The notes: generated by a model not told the origin, from the sequence alone. A DNA stretch of 64,000 nt from the human T2T-CHM13v2.0 reference genome, Homo sapiens (GCF_009914755.1 NC_060942.1); one strand, 5' to 3'; counted from the first letter of the stretch, positions 12,845-27,071 are shown. A program made the numbers and translations.

Positions 12845-13495
12845 CTTTGTGCCTTAAATATTTATCTCCTCTTTTTCTAGTCCATTAACATCACCCAAGT
12901 TAAGGCTTTTATCATTTCTCACCTGTAATGTTGCAATCATCTTTTTAATAATATTCCTGCATTTTATATTTCCATAACTCATTCTTTTGTACTTTCATCA
13001 AGTAATCTTTTATAACAAATTTGATTAAGTCACTCTCTGACTCAAAATGACCCAGTTGTTTCAATTCACCTGCAGAATAAAATCTAGAACTCCTCCTCAG
13101 GCACACAGGACTATTGTGGATCTGGGGCCTGCTTTTGTCTCCAGCCTCATGACTATCACTATTGCTCTCTGTAGCACTGCAGTACTAAGAGTCCTTTAAG
13201 TTCCCTAGAACATCTCACAATCTGTTCCCTCTGATCAAATTGTATCTCACTGTATTTTATAAATGCTTATTCAACTTTCCAGTCTCAAAACGAATGCTAC
13301 CTACTCTGCTATCTTCTTAGCAAACTTAGCCATCCTCCTTCCCAAGCTCTCACACTGCAGGTTGTACATACCTTTAAAAAGAACCTATGGAATTATGTTA
13401 CAATTGTTTTTCCTTGAGCAAACATGTCTTCTTAACTTTGCACTCAAAGCCTACCTAATGCCTATACAAAGCAGTCGTTTGATATTTATAGAAAA
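12845..13495 (+). mobile_element. L2 fragment
   Basis: atcatttctcacctg...cagaataaaatctagaactcct...tgcctatacaaagcag. Confidence 0.7.
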
Positions 13496-14475
13496 CATTA
13501 ATTTAGGTATTATTCTCTTTTTTAAGGTTTTCCCATTTTTAATTTACTTTTATTTCCTAAAATTATATTTTTCTAAAAAGCTATAAAATTTAAGAGTTTC
13601 TAATTATTGTTGGCTTTCTTTCATTGTTTCATTTTTACTGTATGATTAGAATGCCTTCAATTTTCAAAATATGTTACTACTATCTCATTTGTTTGCCTCT
13701 AGATACTTCCATTTCTTTTCATTCTTCATTTAATCAAACTTTACCTTGGCTTTTCTACTTTTATGCCTTAACTGTTCTGCCTCACTCTTACCACCATTTT
13801 CTGCCTCTTCAACTTCCCTTTTCTCTTCGGTCATGAGAACCACTTTGCTTACTCTCTTCTTCTATTCATTTAATTTTACCAGAGTGATCAAAAATACTCT
13901 CAGAAAGCAAATTTATACAGGAGAGAGCTTTCCTATTTTTACTCATGAGTTTTTCACTTCCCACTTTACTTTGTAACTCCTGAAAAGTACACCATATTAA
14001 GGATTCCACAAGAACTGGATTAAGTTTTGTTATATTCAGTTACTAAAAGATACTCTCTCAATATTATATCTGTTTGCATATGTATATCCATGATAAACAG
14101 TTTAAAGATAATAAAAGTCTATTTCATTTGACTAATAAATAAATTTGTAAAAGTATTTTTAGAAATTTGTTTAGTAAAGGGCTGCCAAACAAAAATGGCA
14201 GACATTAAAAATGACAAATCAATAGTTGAAACCAACAATTGCTTACCTCTTAAAAGCATAGAATCATCTTTTATTTTAGAAATAACCAATTACCAAAAAT
14301 ATCAAACATTTCATTACAATTTTTAAAGTAGTTTAGATTGTCCAGATGTTTGTAATCATGTACAAAAAAGCCTCCTGATTGTCTATATTTGGTCTCACAT
14401 GGCATCATTTGAAAGTAGCATCCATGGCATATAAAAATATTCCATAAGGCAATAATTTGGTGGGTGGTGACTTGA

Positions 14476-14685
14476 GGCTAGCAGATTCATTTGATTAGAC
14501 TTCAGTACTAATGAGGCCTAGGCAATCAGTTTTGACCCACAATTGACCCCTTTGATTTAGTTAATTTTAATTAAGATTTCCAGTTAGCCTCAGCTAATTT
14601 TCTTGAAAATATATGCTTTTGGTTGCAAAATGGATTGTGCCAAGCGAATGATCAAATGAATTTGCTATCATTATCCAAAAACAAT
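14476..14685 (+). mobile_element. MamSINE1-like ancient tRNA-derived SINE
   Basis: tRNA-Ile-like head (ggctagcagattcatttgattaga...gtactaatgaggcctagg) followed by a body resembling MamSINE1 (cttgaaaatatatgcttttggttgcaaaatgga...aaaaacaa). Confidence 0.6.
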
Positions 14686-15269
14686 ATATATTGGTGTTGA
14701 AGTCTGTTTATATATGGTAATGCTTTAATAATAGCTAATATTTTCATGCTAGTCAACTCTTAAAAGGAAGTATAGAGCTCTAATCACTTAATAATAATGC
14801 ATTCTTTATACCACAAATATACCAACATATGACATAAGTTTTATTTTCATTAGTACCAATGAAAAATTGGGCCAAATCACTATGTCATTATTTGGCTTAA
14901 ATTGTTTGCCTTTTTGATTAATATTGTATATTTCTAATATATTATCACAGATATCTTTGTTACTGTTTCTACAGTTCTCTTTTTTTTCGCCTTTATGTTA
15001 GACTATCAACAACAGAAAGAGAATGAGAGCTCAATGTATAAGAGCTCTTTTGTTGGCCCCTAAGACACTGGCCTGTGATAACAATCATCTCATATGTCTT
15101 TATAGGTTAAGATTTGTGAATCGTGGAATGGTGATCAGATATGGCTAGGTACAGTGCATGACAATGGGCTTTCTGGCCTTCAAGAAGCAATAATAATATA
15201 ATTTGGTTTGTACTAGAAAACCTTGACAAAAGTAGTATTTTGCCCAATTGGGGATTTAGAAATTGACTG

Positions 15270-15380
15270 GATACATTAGGTGACCTGCTGAAAACCACAC
15301 AGTGGGCTTGGTAACTTGCTGTTTAATCCCAGACGCAGGTTGTTTGACTTCAAAATTTTAAGCCTCGCCATATACACTAT
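15270..15380 (-). mobile_element. MIR fragment
   Basis: ttaggtgacctgctgaaaaccacacag...gtttgacttcaaa. Confidence 0.55.
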
Positions 15381-16011
15381 TCAGGGTGCTCTATGAGTCA
15401 TAAATTGGTAAAGAGTACAAGGAATTACACATTTTGAGTTTAAATATCAGGTGCAATGGATATTTTTATTTCATTGAAGCAGTAACATTAGGTAATTATT
15501 CTTTAAGTCACTAGATTTTTTTTGTCTGTAGGACAAATGTGGAGAAATTTAAACTGATTTTGAGAAATATTGTGAACATTTTAATATATATAAAATACCA
15601 GTTCAGGAAACACACAGTATTATGAAAATACATCTCTAATTGCAGGCTGTTTCTTAGTGGTGCATCACAAGGGAAATTAATTATATTAAAATGTTCAGCT
15701 TCCTGCTACATCAACAGTTGGAGATGAATAAGTCTACATACATTACAAATCATTTTTCAAACAAAATAACAGTCACAGGGATTCTAAAAACTTTCACCAT
15801 TATCAATACCGGTAATTGATCTGAGCAGGAAAATAAACCTTTTACAATAGTTAGCTTTGAGAAATGAGAGTTGATTCCTCATTTGAAGACAATAGAGCTT
15901 TGCTTTCAGGTGCTCAGAGCAACAAAGGGAGAGTTATCTTTCTTTTTCGATAATATCATTGTCACTGCTCAATTTTAGCTTCCAGTAAATATGGCTTAAC
16001 TTTTAAGTAGG

Positions 16012-16410
16012 TTTTTATCCATTCAAAAGCCATTTATTTCTTAATATGTGCCATTATATACCTAGGAATTGGGTATACATAGATTAAAGACATAGTTTCT
16101 GCCATCAAAGAATTCATAATCTACTTGGTGGGATACACAAAGGAGTAAACATGTTATAATCCCGTGTGATATGTGGTATGATGCATGTGAGCACTGAGTG
16201 CTAACACAGGGCAACGTAAGAGAATCCATCCCAGAATGGTGGGGCTAGGGTAGAGTTATTGAAAGAGTCGATTCTTATGCCGAACCTTGAAGTGCATTTA
16301 ACAAGTCTTAAGACTGTCAGGGATGAATCATGGATAATATTTTACACTCTGCTAGAAAGTTTGGGTGGTATTCTATTCAGGAAGTATTCTTAAAGTGCAA
16401 TAGTATGATA
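16012..16410 (-). mobile_element. L2 3' fragment
   Basis: ccattcaaaagccatttatt...atgtgcca...tttctgccatcaaagaattcataatcta. Confidence 0.7.
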
Positions 16411-16439
16411 AGATTTTATGTATGTATATATACATATAT

Positions 16440-17220
16440 CTCTCTTTGTATTTTAAAAAATTATAAATAAATTTATAACAATTAAAACAATAAACATCCA
16501 TATATCTACCACATAGTATTTTCAAAATGTAAAATCTTGCAATATATGCTTTAGATTTATTTTTTATTTTAGTTATAAAATACTAAAGATACTTTGAAAC
16601 TACCTATGTGACCATTACCCATCCTTTTTCCTTCTCTCCTTCACGGTAACAATAATCCTGAATTTGATGCATACTTTTTATTCCCATGTATATTATATTC
16701 ATGATATTCATGTATTTATAACCAATATAGCCTCATGCATATATGATTCTTTGTGTGGGTAAATATGAAATAGTATTTTATTTTTATTCTTAAATTCTAT
16801 AAGTCAGTTGACTAAAGCAATAGCATTGTATCATTAGATTTATAATACACTCATTTATATAGAAACATATACGATTTTATAAAGTATGTAAAACGTTAAT
16901 GATATTTTTGTTTCTTCCTTTCTCATCCATGTGCGTTTTGTTGGTTTCTTTTGTCATACTTCCTTGACTTGTATCTCCCCTGATATGGTAAGTAGAAGTG
17001 ATGCATTCATTCACATATCCATCTCAATTCTTCATAAAATGATACAAAGTTGTCACCATGAAGAACATTACCTACTATGGATTTTTGATTTTATACATAA
17101 TTAAGAAAATTTTTATTTCTAGTTTTCTAAGCACATTTTTGTGAAACAATGAATTATTTCCTGCCTCTGTTGAAATGATCATGTGATATTTCTCTTTTAA
17201 TTTATTGATGTGTTGATATA
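16440..17220 (-). mobile_element. Old L1 (L1ME-type) fragments
   Basis: ggtaacaataatcctgaatttg (3'UTR) and ctgttgaaatgatcatgtgatatttctc (ORF2). Confidence 0.65.
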
Positions 17221-17639
17221 ATCCTTCCTGCTGTGGCTCCTTACTACCAAGATGATAAATGATGATATTTATCAGCAGGAATATACAGGGTATCCACAGA
17301 GCACTGCGTGCTCCTGGCAATATGGCCCTTCCCCCGTCTCAATGCTATCCTTGGCAGAATTAAAGAGGATGCCAAGAAAACTTCAAGTGTTGCTGGCTAG
17401 TGTCTGCCACCCACATATTTCCTTCCTCATGTCCACCATCTGCCAAAGAGTTCACTTCTCAAAGGGAAGCTTTAGTAAAACTAATTATTCACCCTCTTTC
17501 TAGAAAGTGACCAACACGGTGAATCTTTTGATGTTTTATGTTCCAGTTTAACTCAGTCACCACTAAGTCCAAGACTTCAAGACCCGCACCCATCTCTTGA
17601 ACTCTGATTCAGACAGTTCTGTGCATCTCTTCATCTGAT

Positions 17640-19045
17640 ATGCATTCTCCCTCTCACGACTTCTGTATCCTTGAACATTTCCACCATGGACCTCAAGATC
17701 TGTCATCATCAAAATTTCCTATGCTCTTCTCTGAAGGTTCTTTTCACCTTTCTCTGCAAGAAGTCTGGCTGTCCTATGAGGACACTACATACATCCTTTG
17801 GAATTCTTTCAAGTATGGGTTTCCTTAGTCACTGATCATGGAGGTTAGGGTGGCATCCTCTTTACACCCTTTTGCTTCACCCACTTGTTAATCCTTTTTG
17901 TAGGTCTAAAAATGTATTTCATCAAACTATACCACCAATATTCCTTCTTATTTTGGTAATATACTGATATTTAGGTCCATAGCCTTAAACTTGATGATGT
18001 TGGTATTTCTCCTAAAGACAGTACTTCTTTCATAATTTATAGTGATGTAAACATCCATGATGACTATTCTTCAAGCATCTTGACCCTCAGTTCCTTAACT
18101 TCTTCACCTCAAATGATTTTATCCCTCCTATCAATGTGATCACCTCTGTTAGTCCATTTTGCATTGTCATAAAGAAACACCTGAGGGCAGATAATTTATA
18201 AAGAAAAGAGGTTTATTTTGGCCTACCATCCTGCAGACTGTACAAGAAATACAGTGCTTGCATTTTCTTCTGGTGAAAACTCAGGAAGCTTTTACTCATC
18301 GCAGAAGGCAAAGGGAGAACAGGTATGTCACAAGTTGAGAGAGGGAGAGGAAGAGATGCCAGACTCTTTTAAACAACTAGCTCTGGCATAAACTAATGAG
18401 TAAGAACTCATTAATCATCAATGGGAGGGCACCAAGCCATTAATAAGGGAGCCATTCCAAAGACCCAAACATCTCCCACCAGGCCCCACCTCCAACAGTG
18501 GGGATCACATTTCAGCATGAGATTTGGAGGGTACAAATATGCAAAATATATTACCACCCATGCGTGAGTTATACTCTAGTTTTTGTGATTACTAAGAGCT
18601 TTATGACTACCTCATTCAGTTTAAAACTTTACTCTCACAGAACCCTGTCTCTTATTTGTATACCTCAAACCCTTACCCTTAATCTAATGATGCTTTGGCC
18701 CCATTGTGATTCCTATTCCAACCCAGCTACATTTAATTTCTGTCATCCTCATCATGGCATCAGTTATCTCCTTACCCAGATTACATTTAATGACCTAAAA
18801 CTGTAACCGCTATTTTAAATATACTCTCAACTCCTTTGTACCTCTTTCCTTCCACTTGAACCTACTGAAAAAAAAACCCTAAACCCTACTAAGATCAAAC
18901 TGTAAATCATACCACATTCCATTCCTAGTAGGGGTAACCAGTAGTCTAAAGAAAATCCTTACAATTATGTGCTTTTTTAATGTTATTACTATACATATAG
19001 ATATTCCTTTACAATACACTGTTGAATCTTGAAATTTGAGGAAGC
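17640..19045 (+). mobile_element. L2 internal (endonuclease-region) fragment split by an MST LTR
   Basis: ctcttctctgaaggttcttttcacctt...tggctgtcctatgaggacact; resumes after the LTR (cacccatgc...atactctag). Confidence 0.65.
18145..18553 (-). mobile_element. MSTB-type MaLR solo LTR
   Basis: ttagtccattttgcattg...aatttataaagaaaagaggttt...ggggatcacatttcagcatgagatttggaggg; TSD tcacc / ccacc. Confidence 0.9.
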
Positions 19046-19695
19046 TGTTATAAATTTGTTCTCTGTGAATTAGTCTCTGAGGCAGATATTTGCATAGAGT
19101 TGGTTTATTGGGGAATGATTTTGGAAACCACATCTGTAAAGAAGTGATGAAGACAGAATTAGGGATGGGGTGAAGTAGAACTGCAATGCAGATGCAGTAG
19201 AGGACTCAGCTAATACCACAGGGTGCTCTGTAGCTACATAAACCCTTCAGAAACTTCATGTATTTAGGCAGGGCTTCTGAGCAAGTTTCCTTTATATCCC
19301 TCATGTCAACAAGACATTGGATAGGAGCTGCCTCCAGAAGGAGCTATAACCTCGACTGAGGCAGCTATCTTTGTCCAAAAGCAATTCTAGAAAAACACTT
19401 ACTGGAGTTTAAAATATTTATTTACTTATTTTTAGAGACAAAGTCTGGCTCTGTTGCACAGGCTGGAGCTCAGTGGCACAATCATAGATCACTGCAGCCT
19501 CTAACTCTTAGATTCAGCGATCCTCCTGCCTCAGCCTCCTGAGTAGCCAGGACTACAGGTGTAAGCCATTGCACCCAGCCCGAAAAGGAACTTAGCTAGC
19601 TGTGATCTATCAAAAAATAACACTTGCAATAGCTAGGTGTCTAGGCACTTTGGTCTTAAGGGGTGAGAATTATGTCACATAGCATATTAACTAGT
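19046..19695 (-). mobile_element. LTR16C-type ERV-L LTR (3' LTR of a decayed provirus)
   Basis: gaactgcaatgcagatgcagtagaggactcagctaataccacagggtgctctg; ataacctcgactgaggcagct. Confidence 0.75.
19415..19580 (-). mobile_element. Free Alu monomer (FRAM/FAM-like) inside LTR16C
   Basis: Single right-arm-type monomer ending agccattgcacccagcc. Confidence 0.85.
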
Positions 19696-19909
19696 AATAA
19701 TCCACAACTTTATGACTTTGATCCACTTAATAATTCTACTCTTTCTGTCAACATTTTCTACAGAATCACTATTGTTATCTTCAGGTAAATATTTATGAGA
19801 AAATTAATGGGATAAATACAGCCTCCCTTGCACTGACCCCCACACATGTATACACACATGTACCACAACTGGAGCACAACTGATTATCATTATCTTTCTC
19901 TTCCAGTAC

Positions 19910-20698
19910 TGTGGTATCACAAAATGGCATTTGGTCTTTGTCCCCCAATTCTAGGTACAAAGCTCCTAAAACTTTTGGACTTCCCTGAGTGATAAGGATG
20001 ATAGAAGAAACTTTTGTCTTAATGAGGTCACTCTTGGCAGGCTTCAGGAGGGGAGCTTTGTTGCCCAAAAGACCAACCCTTGATTAGAAGCTCAGAACTT
20101 TCAGCCCCACTGTCCAATCCCTGAGGAGGGGCAAGGAGCTGCTGAATGAGATAATCACTAATGGCCAATAAGGTAATCAATCATACTATGTGATGAAACC
20201 TCCATAAAAATTCCTAAATTACAGGGATCTGAGAGCTTCCCAATTGTTGAACACATCCGCATGCCAGGAGAGTGGTACACCACAAGTCTGCAGGTGCGGA
20301 TGCTTCGCACTCAGGATCCTTTGCCCTATGTATCATTTCATCTGGCCATTATTCTGTGCCCTTTATAATAAACTGGTAAATATAACTAAAGTGACTTCCT
20401 GAGTGCTGTGAACCATTCTAGCATATATCAAGCCTGAGAAAGGGGTCATGAGAAGCCCTGACTTATAGCCAGTTGATCAGAAGTAAGGATGAATGACCTG
20501 GGACTTGTGACTGGTGTCCAAAGTGAGGTCAGTCTTGTGGGACCGAGTCTTGTAATGTGTGAGATCTGACATTAAATTCAGGGAGAATTATCACAATTGA
20601 ATTAAATTGCTGGATACTCATTTGGTGGCAGAGAGCTGGTGAAGTAATGTTGGAAAAAACACTATGTATTTGGTGTCAGGAGGAAGAAAAACCTCTCA
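19910..20698 (+). mobile_element. MER21-family LTR
   Basis: tttggtctttgtccccc...aaagctcctaaaacttttgga.ttccctgagtgataag; tttggtgtcag; TG...CA ends. Confidence 0.85.
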
Positions 20699-20910
20699 AA
20701 TCCCTGCTAGATTTTCCCCACTTTTGGCCAGCACTTTTGTTTGACTAGGTGGCTTACTTGTTGTCGCAATCCAGACCTGTATCCCTGAGAGATTTGAGCC
20801 CGCGGTCACTATGACCTTCTCCTGCCATAGTTGCTGTACTTTTCCACTTACTTTCAAAATTAGGTAGGGCTTACCCATAGAGTCTTGGTAGATCACTTAA
20901 GAATCACTGA

Positions 20911-21145
20911 CAGGAGTTTGAGACCAGCTTGGACAACATGGTGTAACCCTGTCTCTACTAAAATACAAAAATGAACCTGGTGTGGGAGCATCCACTGTAA
21001 TCCCAGCTACTCAGGAGGCTGAGGCAGGAGAATTGCTTGAGCCTGGGAAGCAGGAGTTGCAGTGAGCCGAGATAGTGCCTGTACTCCAGCCTGGGTGACA
21101 GAGCAAGACTCTGTCAAAACAAAAAAAAAAAACAAAGAAAAAAAC
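20911..21145 (+). mobile_element. 5'-truncated AluS
   Basis: Starts at caggagtttgagaccagc; TSD gaatcactgaca / gaatcattggca. Confidence 0.9.
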
Positions 21146-22002
21146 GAATCATTGGCATAAGGTACAAACTATCATATAGAGAATAACTTCCCATTTTTTC
21201 ATGTATCAGTTCTAATTAGGCTGTACCTTAAAAACATCATTCCAACACTTTATCAAGACAGAATGTGACTAGTCTACTGGGTCCTATGGTCATGTGCATC
21301 TCTTTCACTGTAATGTGAATTCCTTGTTCCAATGCAGCATTATGTGAGAGCCTGGATCTATGGGTTAAACATTATGCAGACCCTTGAATAGAAGTGTTGC
21401 CAGAGCCTCCCTGAGCAGGGAAGGCAAAACCATAAGCATGATATAGTTTAGTCAAGAGAAATTACTGCCTCTTCAAGGATGAATGGAGTCTAAAGTGATT
21501 AGAATATCATCAAATGGTTGGTGGATATTTTTGAGAGATAGATCTGTATACAGAGCTCAATTTTAATCCCCTTTTGCTAGCAGTTTGGGAATTTAACAGC
21601 AGGAATTTAGGTCATGCATAACCTGCATCCTTGCCATATGACTACACCATTCATGGCCCTGTTATGCTAGCACTGGGGGGATGGAGGAGCAGTGATGGAG
21701 ATGGCTGATATCAACTGGAAGAGAATAATTCTCAGTGCCATTGTAAAGCTTTAATTAGTAGTTTAGTGCCTTAATTGATTGCTTATTGTCTTTTTCACAA
21801 TAAATAGTCTCTGGTTTTCCTTAACATTCCTTAAACAAATTTTCATATTTCATAGTCATTACCATCTATCCATCCACATGCTTCTTCTGAACTCCTTGTT
21901 CCCAATTTTCCAAACTTTCTTATTTGTGACTAGCCAGTCAGATTACTTCCTACTGTCATGAACTTTACACCTGCTTCTTGTCTTTACACACAAAGTAGAT
22001 TA

Positions 22003-22408
<406 letters not shown>

Positions 22409-24250
22409 CATAGTCAATATTTGGCTTGCACTTATATACTAGGTGAATTATCCATAAATTAAGGTTGACCTTTCAATATCTGACATCTGACCATAAAGGG
22501 TCTCCCATATGGTCATAGGCTGTGTGAGGACAAGGCACCAGTGCAGATATGGTAGATGTCATGGGAGTTTGGACCAGCTGCTCTTGTGGCTTAATTGTGC
22601 CCTTGGCCCTGATTATGCCCAATTAGTAATATCCCACACACATCTTACAGTGGCTTAGTCCTGGCCTGATTTATGACACAGTAGGTTCTGCCCTTATTGT
22701 CAATTAGTGTCCCCAGACAGGCACACCTTCTCTTTTAGGGTCTAATACCATAGCATCTGATTATTTGCTGCAGATGACATGGCCTTGCTCCCCATTACTA
22801 AGGACCAAATTTGGATTTATCCTACAGGAGCTGGCCACAGATTCCAGAGTATTTTTTTTCTACCATCAATAGATCTAATATCATAGGGTCAGCCAGATTG
22901 TATGGCCAATGTGACAGGGTTGCTTGCACTAGAGCCTAGATCCACTGGACTCCACTCAAGGCTTGCAAACTTCCATGTCCCGAGAGAAATAACTCCCAAG
23001 CTGGAATATGTTGTTTCCTGTACCCAAAGAGACCTATTCAATTTTATACTTTCCTTTTGGTGGGTGCAGGTATAAAGTGCAATCATTTGTTCTTTACTTT
23101 TGGGGAGTCTTCCCAGACCTCTGCACCTGTAAGAACTTTGTTAAGGCAGTTGGCTCTTAAACATGAGTGGAATTTATTTTCCATCTTTTGGAGTACATTT
23201 GGTGTCTTGCTAAGGCTTCCAATGTATTTATCACTCTTTTCTCATGTGGCCTAATTAACATGGTGTTATTAACATGGTGTCATAAAAGGGGCTAATGTGA
23301 TATTCTGCAGAAGTTCCAGATAGTCTAGATCTCTTTGAACTACAATATGACATTGGATTGGAATACTAACATAGCCCTTGAATAAAACCATATTTGTATG
23401 TAATCATTCATCCTAAGTGAAAGTGAACTATTTCTATTTCTGTTCCTTTTTCCACATAGGAATAGGAAAATAATAAGATTGGAAAAACAAATTCTTTATA
23501 CTTGCAGTAGTCCACAGGGCCCATTCACTTTTTGTAGGTACCAAAGAGGTGAATGAAATTGGGATATGATGATCACCACAACTCAGGCATCATCTAGACT
23601 TTAGAGGGAGAGCCTAACTCCTACCATGGCCCCTGGAGTAAAGTACTGCTTTTAATTACTCTTTGCCTGGATGTAGGGAAAGTTTCAAAGGTTCCTACTC
23701 AGCCTTCCCTAATAAATAGTTTTTACTCCAAGACCAATGAGTTCTGCTAACTAACAGGTACATCTAATGTACTTCAGTTGTAGGTATAGGGATTGGAGAA
23801 ATTACCATTGAATGACTCTGTAGAGCTAGTAGATCCTCTGTAAACTACATATGGGCCAAGACCTCATGTATTACCTGGCTTACATACGCTTCCACTCTAG
23901 TAAGGGACCCATGATGTTGCTTTAGTTTCCTCACTAGCAATATCAACTCACTCCTTTATTAAAAATTCCCAGGTATTCTTTTTTTTTTCCTAGGATACAC
24001 TTACCTGAGTAAATGGCCATAGTTCCCTATAGGGGATCATCACTGCCATATTTAGTTACTGTCATGTTGCTGGGTTCTTTCTCTTGACAGTGCTGAACTT
24101 TGTCAGAGCCCCGTGATCCTAGATAACAGTGATGGTTAAAGAAATCTCTCTACTCTTTTTTATAGGAGAAAAATGTTCACTGCAAAGAACCAGCCTTCCC
24201 ATATGACTCAGGTAAGACTCCTGGGTAACTCTTATTTACCTTTGACAAGG

Positions 24251-24608
24251 TGCTATGGTCTGAATATTTGAGTCCCCCTGCCCCCGCCAAAATTCGTATG
24301 TTGAACCCTAATCCCTAATGTCATGGTATTAAGAGAAGAAACTTTTGGGAAGTCATTTTGGGCAGAGCCCTCATTAATGGAATTAGTGCCCTTCTCAGAG
24401 CCTCCAGAGACGGTAGCCCCTTCACCCTTGTGAGGACACAGTGAAAGGTACCTTCTGTGAATAAGAAAACAGGCTGATTCCAGACATCAAGTTTGACCAG
24501 TGCCTTGATTTTGGACTTTTCAGTCTCCAGATCTGTGAGAAATAAATTTATGTTGTTTATAAACCACCTAGTTTATGACATTTTGTTACAGCAACCCAAA
24601 TGAAGACA
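24251..24608 (+). mobile_element. MLT1A-type MaLR solo LTR
   Basis: tgctatggtctgaata...aaattcgtatgttgaa...ctgtgagaaataaattt...aagaca. Confidence 0.9.
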
Positions 24609-24924
24609 AGATCAGAACAGACCCTCCAAATTCTCATTCTGTGTCTCATAAATAATTGTTGAACTATTCTTCCCCATTAATCATTCAAAGTAAAGTGCTT
24701 GTTAACTTGATCAAATTTTAGTTAAGCTTCTCTCCTCCTCATGGGACCATTAAGTTTGGCTCATTTCCAATCCTTAGTGAGCTTGAGATCTGGAAAACCT
24801 GCTCCTTATATGGTCCTTCCTGAGAATTAACTGCCCTCAGGAACAATCACTGACTGTCTGATCATGCCACCCACTCATCCTACTCCCAATATGAAGTTTC
24901 TTTTTGCTTTTTTACTTCTCTCTA

Positions 24925-25316
24925 TATATTATTCCATTCTCTCATTCCTAATAAAAACTACCCAAGACTGGGTAATTTATGAAGAAAAGAGTTATAACTG
25001 ATTCACAGTTCCACAGGCTATACAGGAAGCACGGCAGTGGAGGCCTTAGGAACTTACAATCATGGTGGAAGGTGGAGGGGAAGCAGGCACATCTTCACAT
25101 GGTGGAGCAGGAAAGAGAGTGAAGAGGTAGGTGCTACACACTTTTAAACAACCATATCTTGTGAGAACTCTGTCACAAGGCAGCACCGGGGGTGGGTGCT
25201 GAGTCATTAGAAACCACCCCCATGATCCAGTCACCTCTCACCAAGTCCCACCTTCAACCCTGGGGATTACAATTCAATATAAGATTTGGTTGGGAACACA
25301 GAGCCAAACCATATCA
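24925..25316 (-). mobile_element. MSTA-type MaLR solo LTR
   Basis: agactgggtaatttatgaagaaaagag...acacagagccaaaccatatca; identical TSD ctcta at 24920-24924 and 25317-25321. Confidence 0.93.
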
Positions 25317-27071
25317 CTCTATAAAAGAAAACCTCTTTTTTTTGCCTATTGAGACACTAATACCTCCTATATTTGAAGCTTTCTCTCTACTGCAAGTTCC
25401 TATTAATCTATAATAATAATAATCCCCCCCATTTATGGCAATAAGCTGTTGAATTAATTTTTTCAACTTCTGTCCAGATTTGTGTTTTATTTGACACTCT
25501 TGCCTTCCAAAGGGTTCCAGGTCAGAAAAGTAGGTCCAGCAACTAAGCCAAAACTTGTCTATTCACTGGGGTGGCTGCCCTCAGATTCGTGATCATCCAT
25601 CCTTGATTTTTTTTTTGATTGTATACATTGATCAATATACTTATTGGTAGCCTGTCTACGTTTTTCCTAGAAAAACCCTTGCTCTCTCAACATGTCTATA
25701 TCTCTCTTTGGGTTAGTATAATTTGGCTAGAATTCTAGTCTTACCACTTTTTACAATAATTGCACTGACCTTACTTATGATGATTAAGTGCTGCCCCCGG
25801 TCCTCTCTGATTTTTAAGTCCCAGTCATTCCCTGTCATTCCCAGAGAGGCAAATTCTCTACAGCATCTCACATTATTAGCCCTGACCTGCAAATGACAGG
25901 CACTATGGAGCTTCTCAGAGATTCTGATGACTTTTTCACTAGAGCACTCCACATCACTCTGGGAAGTATCCTTCAGGCCCTCTCATAACATATTGTTTAT
26001 TCACTTTAGCATGCCTACTTCTCTAAGACTTTGGTCTCTACTTCTACCATATTTCATACAGTTTTCATATTTCTACTTCACTTATTCTGTGGCTACTGCT
26101 TCTGAGAGCAATCCAAACTCATTCTAATGGGGTCATTGTCAAGGTATACAATTCTGCATCTTATACAATAATGACGTGTTGACATACTTTTCTATATCCA
26201 ATGGTATATTTCAACTCCTTTGATCCAGCACCCTCAGGATTCAGTCCTGTACGTACTCTCTTGGTTCCTGCCAGTATTTACTGACTATGTAACACAGCGC
26301 CTTTGGATTACAGATAATGTCTTTTTGTAGCAAGTCTGTCACTTCCCTAGCTAGATCATGTTGTTGGTTTTGTGGGCAAGAAGAGAGAAATTTCACGAAG
26401 GAGGCACAAGGCAGTCTCTGCATTTCCTCCAAGCAAGGGGGAACACCACCTTTCAATAGAGAGAAATGAGCCCATTAGGTAGGCATGGAAGATTCAGGGA
26501 AATCTGGGCGTTCTAGAATTTCTATGCATCAATCCAGATGTTTCCCTTTTAAATATCAGTGTCCCCTTCCTTCCCAGTTCTGACCTTAATGAAGCAGCTT
26601 TCTCTGGATGGAGAGTTTAATTTTCTCTGGAGCTCTGCTACTCACTGATTAAGTCCTGTGCTAGACCCTCAGCTTTCTTTTATTTGCCCTCCAGCTGCAG
26701 GAGATGAAATGTTTGGTTTATGCCTCTAAGGAGAATTTCTGGCTATTACTATTTGCCTCAAAGTGATGTTTAATTATTCTCATCTTGTCTTTGTCGTCCC
26801 CCCATAAACAGCCCTGAACAATAAACATCTAATTACTGCTTTTCCCATATCTCTCAATGGCTGAAGATATTGCACCCTCCAATGCATCCCCTACCAAAAG
26901 TTGACAATTACAGTTCACTACCAGTGAAGGTTTTAATAACTGCATTGCTGCATCACACCAGCGGCTACTGATACTTCGCCTATCACTTGTGATGCAGTTC
27001 TTACTTTTACTAGGCTGATGTTTTCAACTCTCAAGTCTTATTTTGAGGTAATTTGTTTTTTTGTAACAAAA

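Larger units (their letters stand above)
24101..25496 (+). mobile_element. MER67-family ERV1 LTR interrupted by two MaLR LTRs
   Basis: tgtcaga...actgcaaagaaccagccttcccatatgactcag...cagaccctccaaattc...ctataaaagaaaa...gtccagatttgtgttttatttgaca. Confidence 0.8.

Noticed and set aside
12070-13976. Hydrophobic 70-107 aa ORFs suggesting membrane proteins
   Set aside because: They lie in L2 remnants and T-rich DNA, which give Phe/Leu/Ile-rich chance ORFs
14476-14550. tRNA-Ile gene
   Set aside because: Too diverged to fold as a cloverleaf and followed by SINE body; treated as a SINE head
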